Shown piece by piece: positions 38,618-48,439 of a stretch of 64,000 nucleotides of DNA. The position numbers were made by a program, and so were the translations under genes. The stretch's first letter is position 1, and every line of letters begins with the position of its first letter. Source of the stretch: an uncultured Ignavibacteria bacterium (GTDB taxonomy: Bacteria; Zixibacteria; MSB-5A5; CAIYYT01); assembly GCA_964552775.1 (NCBI GenBank), contig CAZKIH010000014.1, positions 26,991 through 90,990 on the forward strand. Direction: 5' to 3'. Below the pieces are notes generated by a model. The model saw only the letters and a list, made by a program, of their open reading frames with translations, was not told the DNA's origin and did not search any database.

Positions 38618-40657
38618 ATGCGTTTGAACAAATTGTTTCTAACGATCTGTGCAGTTCTAGGATTGAGTTTGGCATCAATCCCAACTGCGGCACAACCGTC
38701 GCCCGTGGCGAGGTATCTGTTTAACGGCAATGCAAACGATGAGAGCGGAAACGGACACAACGGTATTGTCACTGGTGCGATCCTGGTTCAGGATCGACAC
38801 GGCAACGACAGTGGGGCATTTGGCTTCAGTGCAGACGGCGACTGCATTACGGTCCCTCACTCGCCTGCACTTTATCCTGAATCTGGAGTTATTGTCGAAG
38901 GCTCGATCTATCCAACGGCCTATCCTCCAACCGATCATCAATTTGGACACTACATGGTATTGGGTAATCAAGGCTATGACCTCAGCATACGAAGTGATAG
39001 CACAATCAACTTCTATATTCTAAAGTCACTTTTGCCAGGCGCTGATTGGGAGCGAATTCCATCACTAAGCCCTATTCCGTTGAACCAGTGGACGAGCCTG
39101 CGCGGGGAGTACAGTTTCTCCACGGGACTCATGAGATTCTTTGTGAATGGAGAATTGCAGGGCACTAGGTCCATCAGCGTTTCTGGTTGGCTGGATCCTA
39201 ATTCGGATCTCAAAATTGGTGGACACTTGTGGGAAGGAGTGTCGTCTTTCCGAGGCAGTATTGATGACATCACAATCTGGGATTGGTGGCAGCCATCTGA
39301 CACCCTCCGCATCGGCAACCCAACCTGCCTACAGTCTGTTCTGCCAACCCAGCAGGCAGTTCCGATCTATCTCGACAATCCCGACACCGTCAAGGGCCTC
39401 GACATTCCGCTCAAATACGACTGGGCGAACGATCCCTTAAGTATCAGCTTCGCAGGAACCCGAATGGATGGTGTCTCAGGCGTACACTGGTCAATCGACG
39501 CAGATTCAAATCGTCTGCGCATTGTTTGGGGCTGGCAGGGCGACCCGAGCGAACTACTTTTACCGACCGATGCAACTTCAGCCAACCTGCCAATAGCGAA
39601 GATCGTCTTTTCTGCCGACTATGCCTGCATTGACGATTACACCTCGCCACCGGACACGACCTCAATCTGGGTAGGTGAAGACCTCCAGAGATTGTTGATC
39701 GTTGACAAGAATGCCGTCGAATACGTTCCCGTGGTCGATACCACCAGCACTCGAACGCGCCACTATCGAGTCGGGGATGCCAATTTCAATCAGTCCATAA
39801 ACATCTCGGATGCCGTGTTCCTCATCAACTATATCTTCGCAGCCGGAACAACTCCGGCCTGCTTCACCGCAGCTGATGTCAACGGTAACGGTATCATCAA
39901 TATCTCAGATGTTGTCGCGTTGATTAACTACATCTTCTCCGGTGGTGCAACTCCGGGTTCAAGCCAACTTTGTAGCTATGTCGGCCCTCTTTTCAAGTCA
40001 CAACCCGCCTCAGCCAATGTCGAGTCACAGGAATCTGTTACCCCCAATCTGAAGACAATCGACATCACAACGCAGACGACCTCTGAACTTCAGGCTGCTC
40101 AACTGACATTCGACATTCACGGGAAGGTGCAGAAAATTGAAGTCAACAGCATCGATCAGCGATTGCAAGTCTTTGGCGGCACCGCTGACCGCGAATACCG
40201 TGTTGGCTTAGTTGACTTAACAGCTGCCACGACTCTTCCTGCCGGAGAACATCAACTTCTGACAATTACTTACTCAGGCGAAGGCGAATTGACGATGCGC
40301 GAGGCTGTTATCGTTGACTCCGATGCCGAGCCGATGGTCACAACAATTCAATCGACCAAGGCAGAGCAGAGTCTGCCGACCGAGTTTACCTTATCGCAGA
40401 ACCAGCCCAATCCCTTCAATCCGACTACTGATATCAGCTTCAGCCTTCCACGTACGGGAGCCGTGAAGTTGGTAGTCTACAATATCCTTGGCGCGGAGAT
40501 CGCAACTCTCGTCGACGAAGTCCGGGCGGCTGGGATACACACGGTGACCTGGAACGGACAAGACAAGTCCGGCCGGGCGGTAGCATCGGGAGTCTATCTC
40601 TATCGACTGAGCACGTCAGACTTCTCGGCCACGAAGAAGATGGTGTTGATGAAGTAG
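38618..40657 (+). CDS. T9SS-secreted scaffoldin-like protein: LamG domain, two cohesin-like modules, dockerin-like repeat pair and T9SS type-A C-terminal sorting domain
   Basis: Signal peptide; LamG-like N-terminus; cohesin-like AVPIYLDNPDTVKGLDIPLKYDWANDPLSISFAG... and ...AQLTFDIHGKVQKIEVNS...; dockerin GDANFNQSINISDAVFLINYIFAAG...DVNGNGIINISDVVALINYIFSGGATP; C-terminus LSQNQPNPFNPTTDISFSLP...YLYRLSTSDFSATKKMVLMK. Confidence 0.8.
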   Translation: MRLNKLFLTICAVLGLSLASIPTAAQPSPVARYLFNGNANDESGNGHNGIVTGAILVQDRHGNDSGAFGFSADGDCITVPHSPALYPESGVIVEGSIYPTAYPPTDHQFGHYMVLGNQGYDLSIRSDSTINFYILKSLLPGADWERIPSLSPIPLNQWTSLRGEYSFSTGLMRFFVNGELQGTRSISVSGWLDPNSDLKIGGHLWEGVSSFRGSIDDITIWDWWQPSDTLRIGNPTCLQSVLPTQQAVPIYLDNPDTVKGLDIPLKYDWANDPLSISFAGTRMDGVSGVHWSIDADSNRLRIVWGWQGDPSELLLPTDATSANLPIAKIVFSADYACIDDYTSPPDTTSIWVGEDLQRLLIVDKNAVEYVPVVDTTSTRTRHYRVGDANFNQSINISDAVFLINYIFAAGTTPACFTAADVNGNGIINISDVVALINYIFSGGATPGSSQLCSYVGPLFKSQPASANVESQESVTPNLKTIDITTQTTSELQAAQLTFDIHGKVQKIEVNSIDQRLQVFGGTADREYRVGLVDLTAATTLPAGEHQLLTITYSGEGELTMREAVIVDSDAEPMVTTIQSTKAEQSLPTEFTLSQNQPNPFNPTTDISFSLPRTGAVKLVVYNILGAEIATLVDEVRAAGIHTVTWNGQDKSGRAVASGVYLYRLSTSDFSATKKMVLMK

Positions 40658-40678
40658 AAGCATGACGAAAAGAGGGGA

Positions 40679-40720
40679 AGAGAGCAGGCTCGGAACATCT
40701 GGGCCTGCTCTTGTCATTTC
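40679..40720 (+). terminator. Candidate terminator hairpin sharing its 5' flank (GAGGGGAAGAGAGCAGGCT) with the terminator at 33845
   Basis: AGAGCAGGC-TCGGAACATCTGG-GCCTGCTCT; poor U-tract (TGTCATTTCC). Confidence 0.4.
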
Positions 40721-41143
40721 CAGGCACCAGCCTTAGTCCGACTTGCGAGTTTACCTAAACTCGTCACTAAGGGATTCTTCGACAGCTGTTTCTTACGAGT
40801 CGTTGCGCCTCAGTACTTGCGATCATAACATCAATAATTGCAATAGCTTACAGATGCTGGGACACTTGCGTCAATCTGTATTCGTTTGTATCTGTTGTGA
40901 TGCTCTGTGAACGCAAGATGGGCACAAATCAAGAAGGGTGTCACTGTACGCAATTCCATTCTCTGTCATAATGATCTTCGTTGAAGTCCTACTGAGAACT
41001 GGTTACCTCCGCTCAAACCGTACATCAGCTTTCATCACTCAAAGTCCGAATTGGTTTGGCAAAGTACAAGGCATTGGGTTAATTATCCTTACCGAGAGTA
41101 TCAGAATTTGAGGGCGACGAAGGACTTAGTTTAAAGAGACCGC

Positions 41144-42421
41144 ATGTCAGACGAAATCAAACTGGAGAATGAAAGACTAAAGCGCGCCATCGCAGAGCTA
41201 AGGATTCTGAATGAGGTTAGCGTTGCGATTAGCGGTGCAATTGGTGTTGGCGCGATTACCGACCTAATTGTCAGTAGGTGCCTCCAACACATTGGTGCCG
41301 AACAAGGTGCGGTCTGGCTCCTTGACCAACTTGACAAAGCCGCCCCCCCGAGGACTTTCATCAGAGTAATGGAGACCGGCAATGATTCGATTCCATTCAA
41401 AGTGGGAGCCAGTCTTGTGGGGTTGGTAATCAAGAACAAGAATCCCTTGATCGTAAACGACATTCGGAGGGACAGCAGGTTTGTAGATCTTGCTCACGAG
41501 TATGAGAATCTTCGTTGTCTAATAGCTGTACCACTGCGACTCAAAGACACCTTGATCGGCGTTATTTGTCTACTAAATAAGAGCGACGGCCAAGAATTTT
41601 CGAGTGATGATGCCCGACTGATGACAATTGTTGCATCTCAATCAGCTCAGACGATCGAGAACGCGCGCTTGTATGAGGATGAGCGACGGCTGATGGCTCT
41701 TGAGGAAGACCTCCGGACTGCGCGTATTATCCAATATTCGCTGCTGCCACGCGAAAAGCCTAAGGCAGACAACTATGATATAGCGGGACTCTATGAACCG
41801 GCGCAAATGATAGGGGGAGACTATTTTGACTTTATTCCGATCGATAAGGACCATCTCGGAGTCTGTATAGCCGATGCGTCAGGAAAAGGAACTTCCGCCG
41901 CGCTCCTCATGGCCAGCCTACAATCCGGTTTGCGAGGGCAGGCTATATTGAACTTACGTCCCTATGAAACAGTCAACAACCTCAATTTGATGCTCTCCCG
42001 ATTCCTAGTGTCAGGACGATTCATCACTCTCATCTACGGAGTTCTGGACGTGCGCCGAAACACCTTCACTTATGTGAATGCAGGACACTGTTACCCAATA
42101 TTCGTTGGCAATGATGGTGCTGAAGAACTAAAGGGTAGTGACTTAGTGCTTGGCGTTATCCCAGACTTCAAGTATTCGGAGACGGAAGTAGCTCTGTACC
42201 CGGGTGAGTCAATTTTGCTATACACCGATGGCATAACTGAAGCCACTAATTCTGCGGATGAGCAGTATGGAGAACAACGCCTTCTCGATCTGGTCAGAGC
42301 AAATCGAAGTCAATCCACAACAAACCTCGTGCAATCGATCAAAGACTCTGTAGTTCGCTTTCAAGCTGATGTTCCGCAGAGTGATGACATCACTCTCGTT
42401 GGCGTGAAGAATCCTCTGTAA
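41144..42421 (+). CDS. GAF-domain PP2C-type Ser/Thr phosphatase (RsbU/SpoIIE family)
   Basis: N-terminal coiled coil plus GAF-like region; PP2C motifs GGDYFDF, CIADASGKGTSAAL, YTDGITEA. Confidence 0.85.
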   Translation: MSDEIKLENERLKRAIAELRILNEVSVAISGAIGVGAITDLIVSRCLQHIGAEQGAVWLLDQLDKAAPPRTFIRVMETGNDSIPFKVGASLVGLVIKNKNPLIVNDIRRDSRFVDLAHEYENLRCLIAVPLRLKDTLIGVICLLNKSDGQEFSSDDARLMTIVASQSAQTIENARLYEDERRLMALEEDLRTARIIQYSLLPREKPKADNYDIAGLYEPAQMIGGDYFDFIPIDKDHLGVCIADASGKGTSAALLMASLQSGLRGQAILNLRPYETVNNLNLMLSRFLVSGRFITLIYGVLDVRRNTFTYVNAGHCYPIFVGNDGAEELKGSDLVLGVIPDFKYSETEVALYPGESILLYTDGITEATNSADEQYGEQRLLDLVRANRSQSTTNLVQSIKDSVVRFQADVPQSDDITLVGVKNPL

Positions 42422-42490
42422 AAGTCGAGAACTTGAATTGATTGCAGCGGAATCGGCCTTCAAAGCGTGAGCCGACATTAAGATTGGAAT

Positions 42491-44821
42491 GTGGGCCATT
42501 CTAATTGGACCCTTTCGGCTTCCGGACTCACTGAATCACCTTGTTTACTACGCATTTGCGACCTATTTTGCAGGCAAGAGAAGGCAGGCTTTTTGGTGAT
42601 CTGCGATTCTCGAGGTAAAAGCACTATAGATTCAGAAATCTGGGAAGAACAATTGTTAAGCAACGGATCACTATTTGGCAGCTACCGAATTGTCAGGACA
42701 CTCGGTCAGGGTGGAATGGGGGTTGTCTATGAGGCGGTCGACGAGCGACTTGATAGAACTGTTGCGCTCAAACTGATTGCGGACAAATTTGCGCGCGATC
42801 CAGAATATCGATTAAGACTTATGCAGGAAGCCAAGAGCGCCGCTAGAATCAACTCTGAGCGCATTGTAAAAATCTGGGAATGTTCGGTGCTTGAAGATGT
42901 TCCTTTTATCTCCTACGAGTATGTCTCAGGCCGTGGTTTGGACGAAGTAATGTTGGAGGTTTCTTTTGCAGAGAAACTCAGGCTTGCCCGTGAAGTAGCG
43001 GAAGCGCTGCACATCGCACATTCGTTCGGAGTGGTACACCGCGATCTGAAACCAGATAATATCATTGTGTCCGATAGCGGCTCAGTCAAGGTTCTTGACT
43101 TTGGTCTGGCAAAAGTCGTTGCCGCAGACACAGTCGACAGTCAGGGAAACATCGAAGGCACACTTTTCTATATGTCGCCAGAGCAGATTTTGGGTACGAA
43201 GCAAACGTTCTCGACAGATATCTTCAGCTATGGTGTGATTCTCTATGAACTGCTCACTGGTCACAAGCCATTTGACGGTGATTATTCCGCGGCTGTCATT
43301 TACTCAATATTACATGAAGATCCGATTCCTCCTTGCGAACTATTGCCTTCATTGCCACTCTGGATTGACCCACTGGTTCTTAAGCTCTTGGCCAGGAATG
43401 TCACCGAACGCTTCCCCGATATGCGTTCAGTATTGGATTATCTTGACACGCAGCAATCGGCAGATTCCTCAACTGACAGTACCCGCTACCAGAAGGCCCG
43501 ACGGCGAGCTGTAACTGTAATGCATCTGAGAAACCTATCTGGTGATCCATCGTGGGACTACTTCTGTATTGGCTTCACGGAAGATTTGATTCGTGAGATT
43601 TCGTTGAGGATCGACGCAGTGGTTTCGGTTGAACCGGCCGGTGTTGCTGCACGAGAAATCGCAAGCGTATTTCGCAGATGTCGAGCGGATTATGTGATTA
43701 CTGGAACTCTGATGAGATGGCAAGACGAAATCAAGCTTGGCTTGAGTATTTACGGTGAAAGTGGCCATAAGTTAATTTATGGCGAGCAGTTTAGGGGTGA
43801 GATTAAACAACTTTTCGAGTTGCTTTTCCATGCGGCTCGTAGTGCTTCGGTTGCGTTGGCCAAATCCAGCGGTGGGGCTTTCGTTGATATCGATCGGATT
43901 CCGAGCGCGGACATCTCGGCCTACGACTTCTATCTGAAGGGTAGAAGCTACTATCACACGAGCAAGCCAGATGACCTCGCATTCGCGATTAGTATGTTTA
44001 ACAGAGCATTAGACCTTGATCCTGGATTCGCCCTAGCAAGAACCGGCCTGTCCGATGTCCATGCGTTTCAGTACAATGCCTACTATGACCGACGCCAAGA
44101 GAAGATCTCATTAGCGATACAAGAGGCCCAACAAGCACTGGCAATAGATCCGCTTCTGCCAGAGGCACATCGTGCGTTGGGCCGCTGCTATATGTTCATT
44201 GGCGATTTTAACAACGCTGAGATATCTCTGCAGAAATCAATTGAGATTGCGCCTAAGTTCTTTCTGGGTTACAGGGCTCTTGCGTGGTTAAAGGATATGG
44301 CCGGCGATGATGAGGCTGCTTTGGCGTGGGCAAAGAAGGCTCTCGAACTGGCACCAACTGATCTCGAAACGCTCTTGCTCTTGGGCTTGCTGTATCTCGA
44401 CATGCGCAAGTTCACACTGGCTATGGCGACACTTCAACGTGCAGTAGAATTGGGGCCAGACTACGGGCGAGCCTATTACTATCTTGGTGTCGTTTTCATG
44501 AAGCTTGGTGTACCGGACCTTGCTCTCGAGAACTTTCAGTGGGCGATTAAATACAAAGGAGATCCGAACAGTCACATCGACGCCGGATACGCTTGCATGG
44601 TGCTGGGAAACTACAATCAAGCGAAGTTATTCTTTAGTGAATCTCTCGAATACGACTATTTGCCATTTATCGCACACTACTTCCTCGGGCTCCTCTCTTT
44701 GATTGGCAATGATGCCGACGCGGCAGCAAATCAATTCGAAGCCGCGGCAATATCTTCCGAGCAGTATTTGACTGGGGATCCGGCAAAAACTACGTCGCAA
44801 GTTACCGAGCCCTTTCATTAG
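42491..44821 (+). CDS. Ser/Thr protein kinase with C-terminal TPR repeats; the 3' end appears frameshifted (TPR-like sequence continues in another frame to about 45057)
   Basis: YRIVRTLGQGGMGVVYEA, VALK, HRDLKPDNI, DFGLAK, SPE; TPR-like repeats from about aa 480; true start uncertain (possibly internal GTG). Confidence 0.8.
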   Translation: MGHSNWTLSASGLTESPCLLRICDLFCRQEKAGFLVICDSRGKSTIDSEIWEEQLLSNGSLFGSYRIVRTLGQGGMGVVYEAVDERLDRTVALKLIADKFARDPEYRLRLMQEAKSAARINSERIVKIWECSVLEDVPFISYEYVSGRGLDEVMLEVSFAEKLRLAREVAEALHIAHSFGVVHRDLKPDNIIVSDSGSVKVLDFGLAKVVAADTVDSQGNIEGTLFYMSPEQILGTKQTFSTDIFSYGVILYELLTGHKPFDGDYSAAVIYSILHEDPIPPCELLPSLPLWIDPLVLKLLARNVTERFPDMRSVLDYLDTQQSADSSTDSTRYQKARRRAVTVMHLRNLSGDPSWDYFCIGFTEDLIREISLRIDAVVSVEPAGVAAREIASVFRRCRADYVITGTLMRWQDEIKLGLSIYGESGHKLIYGEQFRGEIKQLFELLFHAARSASVALAKSSGGAFVDIDRIPSADISAYDFYLKGRSYYHTSKPDDLAFAISMFNRALDLDPGFALARTGLSDVHAFQYNAYYDRRQEKISLAIQEAQQALAIDPLLPEAHRALGRCYMFIGDFNNAEISLQKSIEIAPKFFLGYRALAWLKDMAGDDEAALAWAKKALELAPTDLETLLLLGLLYLDMRKFTLAMATLQRAVELGPDYGRAYYYLGVVFMKLGVPDLALENFQWAIKYKGDPNSHIDAGYACMVLGNYNQAKLFFSESLEYDYLPFIAHYFLGLLSLIGNDADAAANQFEAAAISSEQYLTGDPAKTTSQVTEPFH

Positions 44822-45270
44822 CAGCGGCTGGGAAGAGAGCCGAAGCAACGGGAATATTGAGGCGGATCCAAAGTGATCCCCAGTGCCAGGGAGATTTACT
44901 CCACAACATCGCGAGATGTTATGCTCTGCTAGGCGAAAAGCAGGATGCAGAGTCGGCAAAAGAGAGTGCAGGTAAGCATCATGCTGGGCCGACGGCCAAA
45001 GAGTTGGAACATGACCCTCATTTCTCAATACTTTTCGATTGTGCCGGTTCAAGATGAATGGCACGTGCACCAGAATTACCGGTTCTCAGAAACTAGTTCT
45101 GCAGTTGGAAGGTTGTCACAAACGCGTGCGTTAACCGCGCTTGTGAATCAGAGAACAGAAACCGCACCGAATAGAATTGTCAATGCCGAGATACTCAGTC
45201 GGCTACATTTCACCTGAAGTGCGTTTCATCTCATCATCCAGCTTTGTCCGTCGGTTTCGCGTTTGAGCGG

Positions 45271-48141
45271 CTAATCGCAGGGGGCGGCACCGCCTGAAAA
45301 AATGTAGTTGATGAGATAGACCACATCCGAAATTGTGATGAGTCCACTGCAATTTGCATCACCGGCCTCCACGGGATCAGGAGAAGCGCCGCCAGAAAAA
45401 ATGAAGTTGATCAGGAAGACTGCGTCGGAGATTGTAATCATCCCGCTCCCATTCGCGTCACCAGGCACATAGGGTCTAGGAGGAACTATATACAGTGCAA
45501 ATATACGCGAGTAGTCAGAAGGCACCCCTGCGGAAAATGGTCTTACCCTCCAATAGTACACCGAGTCCGGTATCAAGTCAGCAGCAACTTTGAAACTAGG
45601 GGATGCCAAGCCCGAGACATCGTAGATCGGTGAGCGAAAATCGTAATAGCGATCCAGCTGAAGTTGAAAGCTGTCAGCCGCGGGGAATTTCTTGTCCAAG
45701 AGTCCCGACCAGTTCAGAGTCGGCCTAAGGTTGGGCCAGGGAAGGCCATTGGGCGGATTAATCGAGGATTCCGATTCAACAGTGAAATAGAATAGCATGG
45801 TGTCGCCGAAATCCGGTGTGCTGTAGTTGTGGAAGATCACGCGATTCTGGGTGCCGTCGATACGAATGCCGCAATTCAACCGAGAATCGGGTGCGCTGTT
45901 GGTTCTCCTGAATATAGCGAATTGGTACTCTCCGTATACTAGGTTGAAGTCAGCTGACGATTCATCGATCTCGCCATTTCGATCTGAGTCCAACCGCCAG
46001 TAATCGGCACTGGCGACAGTACGGTAACTTCGGGAGATTTCGAAGCTGTCTGGATTTTTGACGCCAATACTCGCGGTATTGTACACGGTTGCCACCATTT
46101 CATCGGCAAGAACGGGGGCATCAGGGAGAGTGTTAATCAATACGATTAAGTTGTCGATTGCAACGTATGGAAGAAGCGCGGCAATTGCAACATCGGGATT
46201 ACCATCCCGATCAAAGTCGGCCGAAGTGAAGGAAAACGGGACATTAGTAGTTGGCAGAGCAACGCGTTGGGCGAACGTGAAGTCTCCTCCCGCAAGGCCG
46301 AAATATATCTCCATTTCTTTCTGGGCGCCGTCAACGAGCACCAAATCGAGCCGATGGTCGCGATTGATATCAGTGGCCAGTACATTGTAGCAGACTCCTT
46401 GCACGGAGATCGAGTCAAGCCTTTTCACTCCTCCAAGGCCATCGCCAAGACCCACAAGAATGTGGCTGTAGGTAATACCACCTGGTGGTGGGATCATCAT
46501 CACGAAATCGGAATTCCCGTCACGGTCAAAATCGGCCATTGAGTTTGCAGTTGTTCCGCTGTACGAGGTTATGTTTAAAAGGAGATTACTCCAACTGGCC
46601 GTGAAATTGCCACTGCCGTCGTTCAAGAAAATGGTAACGCTGTTGACACCTGCGTAGCCGGCCGAACCAACGATATCGTCAAAACCGTCGCCGTTGAAAT
46701 CCGATACTTCCGCAGTTTTCACAGTGTCTGGAAATGTGGCAGAACTGAGAAAACCGCCTTGGCCATCTCCAAAAAGCATTCGGCGGGGAGACACCAGGAA
46801 ATCGGCGTACGCGTCGTCGTTGAAGTAGCCGATGCAAACATCGGTGGTGCTGATCCAACTGTGGCTGTAGCTTCGCGTTGTGTAGTTTCGACTCCCATTG
46901 TTAAGAAATATCTGAATTCTATTGTCGTCAACAGCAACTATATCCGGTAACGAGTCCTGATTTACAAATCCAACCCGTAGCCCAGCTCCAGAAACAAGGC
47001 TACTAATCTGTTGCGGAGTTGAAAAACCGGCACTGCCGTTCCCGTAAGACACCCAGACACCATTACGACTCAGCATCCCTGAGAACACAAGGTCGGCATT
47101 ATTGTCACGATCGAGGTCGCTGGACTTTATCGTCCAAGCTTCACAAGAAAAGGGGCGTTGAACATTGAATCCGACTACTCCGGTGCTGTCGATCACGGAG
47201 ACGAAGCTCGCCTTCACCAGGGTATCTGTTCCTGCAGAGCTGACAACAGATAGACTGACATCATACTCGCCGGGATTCGAGTAGGTATGGATCGGATTGG
47301 CCGCTGTGCTGGAATCACCATCTCCAAACCTCCAAAGCCAACTACCGATAGTTCCACATGTGCGTACTTCTTCAGAGAAAGCTACCTGTAACGGTGCGGC
47401 ACCGAATCGCGGGCTGGCAGAGAATCCGGTCGCCAGGCCTGAAAAATCAGTTTCTCCGACAACCTTGAAACGAGGATAGCCTGGGGCTGGTGCGGTCCAA
47501 AAATCGTTCCACTCGACCCATTGACCGGCGCTATACATCCAATTGTCGCATACCGTGGCTTCCGTGCTGTCGAACAAAACTGACGAATACGGGCCTCCTG
47601 ACGTGCTGCGATACTCGATACCCATGTAAAATGGACCACCAACACAAACTCTACCAGGAATGTCGACAGTTCCAAAATGCGGAAAGGCAAAGTGGCCAGG
47701 GAGGCATGTTACTCCAAATCTCTTTAGTTCCAGGCCCGGCCCAGCACAGGGGTTTCCTGAAACAGCCAGATCGTAGATTACGACGTCCACATCAACAGGC
47801 CATTCTGCTGTTTCCGGATCATAGAGTGTAAAGGAAAATGTATTGAAAATGAACGGGTAAGTAGGAGATCCCGAGCAGGTCGCCGGATCAAAATAGGTTA
47901 CTGTCCGAATTCCGTAGTCGTAGTCCTGCCAATAATAGCCGGAACCCGGAACGTCCTTCTGAAGTTGACAATTCGCAGTCGCATCGCTGTGATCTCGATC
48001 ATACAGAAGTGAATCTGAAACAGAAGTCGGTGTCGCTTGCTCGTTAGCCACCGTGAGAGGAGACAAGTGGAAAATCAGTAGTGAAACAATGATCCAAAGA
48101 CGCCAATAGTATCGTAACATGATGCCCTCCCGTTTGAGCAA
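45271..48141 (-). CDS. Secreted 956-aa protein with FG-GAP/VCBS-type beta-propeller repeats, PKD domain and C-terminal dockerin pair
   Basis: Signal peptide LWIIVSLLIFHLSPLTVA; repeated DxDxDGxxD loops (DLDRDNNADLVF, DFNGDGFDDIV, DFDRDGNSDFV, DINRDHRLDLV, DFDRDGNPDVA); PKD WRFGDGDSSTAANPIHTY; C-terminus GDANGSGMITISDAVFLINFIFSGGASP...GDANCSGLITISDVVYLINYIFSGGAAPCD. Confidence 0.85.
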   Translation of the reverse strand: MLKREGIMLRYYWRLWIIVSLLIFHLSPLTVANEQATPTSVSDSLLYDRDHSDATANCQLQKDVPGSGYYWQDYDYGIRTVTYFDPATCSGSPTYPFIFNTFSFTLYDPETAEWPVDVDVVIYDLAVSGNPCAGPGLELKRFGVTCLPGHFAFPHFGTVDIPGRVCVGGPFYMGIEYRSTSGGPYSSVLFDSTEATVCDNWMYSAGQWVEWNDFWTAPAPGYPRFKVVGETDFSGLATGFSASPRFGAAPLQVAFSEEVRTCGTIGSWLWRFGDGDSSTAANPIHTYSNPGEYDVSLSVVSSAGTDTLVKASFVSVIDSTGVVGFNVQRPFSCEAWTIKSSDLDRDNNADLVFSGMLSRNGVWVSYGNGSAGFSTPQQISSLVSGAGLRVGFVNQDSLPDIVAVDDNRIQIFLNNGSRNYTTRSYSHSWISTTDVCIGYFNDDAYADFLVSPRRMLFGDGQGGFLSSATFPDTVKTAEVSDFNGDGFDDIVGSAGYAGVNSVTIFLNDGSGNFTASWSNLLLNITSYSGTTANSMADFDRDGNSDFVMMIPPPGGITYSHILVGLGDGLGGVKRLDSISVQGVCYNVLATDINRDHRLDLVLVDGAQKEMEIYFGLAGGDFTFAQRVALPTTNVPFSFTSADFDRDGNPDVAIAALLPYVAIDNLIVLINTLPDAPVLADEMVATVYNTASIGVKNPDSFEISRSYRTVASADYWRLDSDRNGEIDESSADFNLVYGEYQFAIFRRTNSAPDSRLNCGIRIDGTQNRVIFHNYSTPDFGDTMLFYFTVESESSINPPNGLPWPNLRPTLNWSGLLDKKFPAADSFQLQLDRYYDFRSPIYDVSGLASPSFKVAADLIPDSVYYWRVRPFSAGVPSDYSRIFALYIVPPRPYVPGDANGSGMITISDAVFLINFIFSGGASPDPVEAGDANCSGLITISDVVYLINYIFSGGAAPCD

Positions 48142-48439
48142 TCAAAGACTATCAAAAGGTCTACTAACTTCGATTGGTTAGTCGGCGTAAATGCATCCCA
48201 AAACAAGAGTTACTGGTCCAGTATAGCATAACATGTATCATTTTGTCAAGTATTAATCTCATTTGTGGCGAATTGTCGAACTCCCAACTCCGGTTGGCAC
48301 AGATGGTGACGGTAGTGAACTTTGTTGGAGTCTGAGACAGAAGCAATAGAGCTGAACGCCGAGGTGTTCGCCGTCAGTTAAATCCAGACCTTGAGTGCCG
48401 AAAGTCCGTATACAAATTGAGCGGTGGTGAGTCTCTTGC

